Below, one piece after another: positions 59,514 through 64,000 of a stretch of 64,000 bases of DNA (position 1 is its first letter; each line of letters begins with the position of its first letter). This stretch comes from Candidatus Bathyarchaeota archaeon (GTDB lineage Archaea > Thermoproteota > Bathyarchaeia > 40CM-2-53-6). The notes under the pieces are model-generated. The model saw only the letters and a program-made list of their open reading frames with translations. It searched no databases and was not told the DNA's origin. The position numbers and the translations under genes were made by a program. The DNA is taken from contig CAVTBR010000003.1 of the NCBI GenBank assembly GCA_963733055.1, positions 640,001-704,000 of the forward strand, given 5' to 3'.

Positions 59514-59660
59514 TTGATGACGTAGAAGGCGTAGGTAATCGATTCTTTCGCTTGGTTCGAGTATTTCCTTGGCTCGGATGCAGGGATGAGAGCAAACCCT
59601 ACATCGAAACAGGAAACGTCATGACGCATCGTGTGGGTAGCTAAAGATCCAGCCAAGTAA
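59514..59660 (+). pseudogene. VapC PIN-toxin remnant
   Basis: MT*KA*VIDSFAWFEYFLGSDAG..., with two TAG stops and then frameshifts. Confidence 0.7.
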
Positions 59661-59876
59661 CCCATATGATGGATGCTGCCGGTTTACCCAAACCTGTCTG
59701 TTTTACACCGGATTTCAACAGCAGCGCCATGCCAAAGTTGACACGGCCTTATCCATACAAATCATCATGAAAATGTAACCAAGCCTTATCTTCGCACCTT
59801 CTTAGCAGCCGAGGTAACACGATAGTCGCTAAAGTAGCAAAATCCCGCGTACCCATCGCGACGAGTCGAATGACCA

Positions 59877-62800
59877 TTGGTATACATCAAAAGGATCGAC
59901 CTCAGAGGCTTCAAGACCTTCGGCAAGAAGGCGACCGTCCACCTCGAACGCGGGCTCACAATAGTAACTGGTCCCAACGGGTCCGGGAAATCCAACATTC
60001 TAGACTCCGTAAAATTTGCCCTCGGCGAACTTAGCCCTAAGGAGCTTAGGGGGGAGACGATAGGGGACCTGATCCACAAAGGCGCCCAAGCCTCAACCAC
60101 ACACTCAGCATGGGTCGCGGTGCAATTTGACAACCATGACAGGCGCATACCCGTCGACGCCGAAGCCGTAACAATCTCCCGAGAGTTCCGGCGGGGTGGA
60201 GAGGGCATCTACCGGATGAATGGCAGGAAGATCTCGAGGAAACAGCTCACAGACATCCTCTCCTCAGCCGACATCCAAGTCTCAAGCTACAACATCGTCC
60301 CACAACACGCCATAACAAGACTTGCCGAAGTTACTGCCGAAGAACGACGCAAAATAATCGAAGACATGATCGGAATAGCCGTATACGATACGAAGAAGAC
60401 TGCAGCCCAGGCGGAACTGCAAAAGGCCGACGTCAACCTTCAAGTCGCATCCGCAAAGATCGAAGAAGTCCGACTTCGGGTCGAATCCCTCGAAAAGGAA
60501 CGCAACGATTTCCTGAAATTCATCCAAATAAGAAGTGAGATGTACGAGCTTCAAGCCAAAGCGGTCTCGCACAAAATTCTGAAAGCCAAGCAAGAAGCCG
60601 CGGACCTAGAAGGTCAAATGAACGAAAACCAACAACAGATACATGAACTCAAGACTAAACGAGACCAACTAATCCAAGAAAAAGGAAGACTCGAAACCGA
60701 AAAGAGAGCATACGAAGACACTGTTGGTGAGAAAGGCAGCAACAGGCTGCTTGAGGTTCAACGAGCGATGGGCGACATAAACGCCACAATCGCCGGACTT
60801 CGATCCCAAGCCGACCATATCAAGTCTAACACAAAGCTACTGCAGACCCAGAAAGGTGAACTCGAACAGAACTCGACAGAAATAGAAAAGAAAATCTCCA
60901 GTTCTAGGATGGAACTGCAACAGCTCGAATCACAGCACGAATCCATTCTGAAAGAGTTAGATTCCAAACAGGCACTGGCGGATGCATCCTTCAATGCACT
61001 CACAGGATTAAGAGAAACGCTTGGAGAGAGAAATAAGGAAGCCGAGGATCTGGAACGAACGATCGGCGGATTGAACAACCGAATCTTCAAGTTCGACGCC
61101 CAGATAAAAGCCAGCGCAACAAAAATTGACCTCCTCAACAACCATCTCCTAACACTCAAATCACGGAAGGAAGAGTACGAGACCGTCCTCCAAAATATCA
61201 CGAAACGACTTGAGGATCTCAGGGCAGCTAAGGTCGAGGAAGAAAAGAGGGCGTCAGCGGCTGACGCCAAGAGTGCAGGCTACAACGCAATAAAGAAACA
61301 ACGATCCACAGAGATTGAAAGTGCAAATGCAGTAGCCAAGCGAGCGGCCCTAGCATTGGCAGAAATCGATACACAGAGGACGATAGCTCAGAATTTCGCT
61401 TCAGACGACAAGGCCCTACGACTAATCGAAGAAATGGCAAAAGCAGGTACAGTGACCGGCGTATATGGACGACTTGCGAACCTCATCAAAGTGAAGAAAG
61501 GAATTCTGAAACCAGTCGAAGCCGCGGCCGCCGGATGGCTAAAGGCAATCGTAGTCAAAGACATGGAAACAGCGATCTACTGCATTGAAGTGTTGAAGAA
61601 GACCAAAGTTGGCCGCATCAAACTGATTCCTCTGAAGGGCCTTCAAACTCCTAGGAAAACGTCAATTCCCAAAGAAATTCCAGAGATCGTCGGCCCCATG
61701 ACGGAACAGTTGGAATTTGACGAGCAAATCAGGCCCGCGATCGAATACGTCTTCGGCGACACCGTGTTGACAAGCACGCAGAAATCTGCGTTCCTCACCT
61801 CCCTCAAGGGCATTAGAGCGGTAGCTGCAACTGGCGACCTTTACGAACCGGGAGGCGGGATGGAAACCGGCTATTTCAGGCAGCCCCTAGACATGTCGAA
61901 ACTCTTGCTTGACGGCCAGACGGTCTGTGAACTCAAGAACACTCTCGTCTCACTCGAAAAACTCACCCTCAAAGCAAGAGAAGAGATCAAAAGGATAAAC
62001 CAAGAAGTGCTCGACCAAGGCAGGAACAAGACCCAAAGCCTCAATCTAGCACACCTAACAGAAAGAGAAATTGAAACCATAAGCGAAAGCCTGGAGCGAG
62101 CACACAAGATCGTGGATGAAACCGCCGTTAGAATCGATCAGCTAAACCGCGAAATTGTAACCGAAAATATAGTCCTTGAAGCTTGCGCGTCGAAGAAAAA
62201 GCATCTTCAGGCGCCATTGTCTACGTACGAGCAATCCAAAGAATCCATGAGTATCCGCTCGCAGTCCACAACTCTCCTCGAAAGGGAGAACGAGCATTCG
62301 AGACTAACGAGTGAAGCAAACGACCTCCTTCGACAAAGGATTGAGATCGAAGGCCACATGCAAGGCCTGTCATCAACGGTTACGGCAATTGAACCCACAC
62401 TCGACCAGACGAAAGTACAGATCACGAGCATCGACAGCCAACTGAGAAAACTCAGCGACGAACTTCTTCAAACAGAGGCTGAGCTGCCCAAGTTCGAAGA
62501 ACAACTCAAAGAGAGTAACACGACCCGCGATCAACTCTCGGAGGAATTAGCGGGAGTGAAAAAGAAACGTGACGAGTACAACGAACAACTCAGGAAACTA
62601 GAAGCGGAAATCACCGAGATCCTTGAGGAGCTTGACCCCGCAACCAGCAAACTCGCCGACGTATCAGCCTCAAACAAGCACATGCAAATGCAGATTGAAT
62701 TCCATTTGAACGAACTGAAGCAGTTAGGCTACACGGAAGTAACCGAGGTATCAGACGATGAGATGGAAAGAGTAGAGAAGATTCTGCCCGTCCTCAAGAA

Positions 62801-63428
62801 AGAAGTAGCGTCAATAGGCGGCGTAAACGAGCTTGCCTCTTCACAATACGACGAGGTTAAGGAGAATTACAAGCACCTTGCCTCAAGAATCTACGACCTA
62901 GAGAAAGAGAAACTCTCCATCGTACGGTTCATGAATGAACTTGACCAGCGGAAACTGGAGGCGTTCATGAAAGCATTCAACCAGGTCAGCGCATCATTCG
63001 ATGAAATCTTCTCCACTGTCACAAGCGGATCGGGACGCTTGTTCCTAGAGAACCCCGAGAAGCCGTTCGAGGCCGGAGCGGACATCAAGCTGCAATTTCC
63101 AGGCAAGACTATGATGACTATCGGAAGCGCCAGCGGCGGGGAGAAGTCTGTCGGCACAGTCTGCTTCATCTTAGCACTTCAAGCCATCCACCCCATGCCT
63201 TTCTATATGATGGATGAAATTGACGCCCACCTAGACGTCGTTAATTCCCAGAAGCTTGCCGAGCTTCTGAAATCGAAGTCGAAGGGTTCACAATTCATAG
63301 TCGTCTCGTTGAAAGATGTGACAATTTCTCGCGCTGACGCTGTCTACGGCGTGTTCATTCAAGAGGGAGTTTCTCAGGTCGTCGGGTTACCGATGCAAGA
63401 GGTGAGGCCGGTTGGAAGAGCTAAGTAA
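59877..63428 (+). CDS. smc: Chromosome segregation protein SMC
   Basis: GFKTF, GPNGSGKSN, hinge GVYG, SGGEKS and DEIDAHLD motifs. Confidence 0.97.
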   Translation: MVYIKRIDLRGFKTFGKKATVHLERGLTIVTGPNGSGKSNILDSVKFALGELSPKELRGETIGDLIHKGAQASTTHSAWVAVQFDNHDRRIPVDAEAVTISREFRRGGEGIYRMNGRKISRKQLTDILSSADIQVSSYNIVPQHAITRLAEVTAEERRKIIEDMIGIAVYDTKKTAAQAELQKADVNLQVASAKIEEVRLRVESLEKERNDFLKFIQIRSEMYELQAKAVSHKILKAKQEAADLEGQMNENQQQIHELKTKRDQLIQEKGRLETEKRAYEDTVGEKGSNRLLEVQRAMGDINATIAGLRSQADHIKSNTKLLQTQKGELEQNSTEIEKKISSSRMELQQLESQHESILKELDSKQALADASFNALTGLRETLGERNKEAEDLERTIGGLNNRIFKFDAQIKASATKIDLLNNHLLTLKSRKEEYETVLQNITKRLEDLRAAKVEEEKRASAADAKSAGYNAIKKQRSTEIESANAVAKRAALALAEIDTQRTIAQNFASDDKALRLIEEMAKAGTVTGVYGRLANLIKVKKGILKPVEAAAAGWLKAIVVKDMETAIYCIEVLKKTKVGRIKLIPLKGLQTPRKTSIPKEIPEIVGPMTEQLEFDEQIRPAIEYVFGDTVLTSTQKSAFLTSLKGIRAVAATGDLYEPGGGMETGYFRQPLDMSKLLLDGQTVCELKNTLVSLEKLTLKAREEIKRINQEVLDQGRNKTQSLNLAHLTEREIETISESLERAHKIVDETAVRIDQLNREIVTENIVLEACASKKKHLQAPLSTYEQSKESMSIRSQSTTLLERENEHSRLTSEANDLLRQRIEIEGHMQGLSSTVTAIEPTLDQTKVQITSIDSQLRKLSDELLQTEAELPKFEEQLKESNTTRDQLSEELAGVKKKRDEYNEQLRKLEAEITEILEELDPATSKLADVSASNKHMQMQIEFHLNELKQLGYTEVTEVSDDEMERVEKILPVLKKEVASIGGVNELASSQYDEVKENYKHLASRIYDLEKEKLSIVRFMNELDQRKLEAFMKAFNQVSASFDEIFSTVTSGSGRLFLENPEKPFEAGADIKLQFPGKTMMTIGSASGGEKSVGTVCFILALQAIHPMPFYMMDEIDAHLDVVNSQKLAELLKSKSKGSQFIVVSLKDVTISRADAVYGVFIQEGVSQVVGLPMQEVRPVGRAK

Positions 63429-64000
63429 ACCGTTCTGGCTGCGACCACCCTACCTGATCCTGTTCGACCTACTCAGGCTTCACCGCATCAAACCTTGGGA
63501 CGTGGACATCACGGAACTCCTAAACTCCTTCCTAGGGGAGATGAAAAAGAACGGTTTCATCGACTTCTCCGCCTCTGGAACCGCCCTACTCTCATCGTCA
63601 GTGGTTCACCGAATGAAATCAGAACTCGTCCTCAAGATGGAGGAACCACCGAAACCCCCAACACCCAGGCCCAACGAGGAAATACCACCCCCGTTACCCT
63701 TTCCCCTACGCTTCGAATACACATCCACCTCAGTCGCAGAAATCCTACGCACGCTCCAAGAAGTGCTAGCGAACGAGAAAGCCGTCTTGGCGAAGAAACC
63801 TTTCATTCTAAGCCCGCCATCGGTCTTCGAACAGTTCGACGAGTTCCTGGCCAACATTGAAGAAAATATTGAAACTTACTATGGCCACTTGATCAAGCTC
63901 AGCATTAGGGGATTACCGCTCTCATTCAGGAAGTTGGTTGAAGGCCAGACCTTCGTGGAGTGGGTAAGAGTGTTCATCATGCTGCTCTTCCTGGCCAACG
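63412..64000 (+). CDS. scpA: Kleisin ScpA (3' partial)
   Basis: GAGGTGA RBS then TTG; MEELSKPFWLRPP...IKPWDVDI...DFSASGTALLSSS..HRMKSE; overlaps the smc end. Confidence 0.85.
   Translation, partial: MEELSKPFWLRPPYLILFDLLRLHRIKPWDVDITELLNSFLGEMKKNGFIDFSASGTALLSSSVVHRMKSELVLKMEEPPKPPTPRPNEEIPPPLPFPLRFEYTSTSVAEILRTLQEVLANEKAVLAKKPFILSPPSVFEQFDEFLANIEENIETYYGHLIKLSIRGLPLSFRKLVEGQTFVEWVRVFIMLLFLAN

Noticed and set aside
59514-59540. Amber (pyrrolysine) read-through of two in-frame TAGs in vapC
   Set aside because: Downstream frameshifts and truncation indicate decay, and many genes here end in TAG.
63495-63860. 121-aa ORF after smc
   Set aside because: Out-of-frame shadow of scpA.
1-64000. CRISPR array, rRNA, transposase or integrase genes
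   Set aside because: No regularly spaced repeats or recognisable motifs found by eye.

Overview
This is a chromosomal segment of a TACK-type archaeon, most likely Bathyarchaeia-like. The assignment is inferred from BHB multi-intron tRNAs, thermosome, ABCE1, Cgi121, GPN GTPase, PAC2, SMC-ScpA and DnaK/J/GrpE. Most of it is housekeeping: chaperones, proteases, tRNA modification and nucleotide salvage. It also holds a ~9.5-kb glycosylation cluster (30.2-39.8 kb), a bacterial-looking block (LonC-like, asnA, arginase-like) beside a tRNA, and an accessory island between uppS and smc (52.8-59.7 kb). Features absent from the ORF track: two tRNAs with two introns each (Ile2/Met-CAT at 30/31 and 37/38; Glu-CTC at 10/11 and 59/60); a probable C/D-box guide RNA; a 30-aa acidic Trp-repeat microprotein heading the ABCE1 operon; a 15-bp perfect inverted repeat bounding 4.25 kb of cargo with no transposase; a palindrome shared by dnaK and thermosome; several gene remnants; and scpA. 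Seven +1 frameshifts in conserved genes look like sequencing errors. All family assignments are motif recognition by eye, with no database searches.
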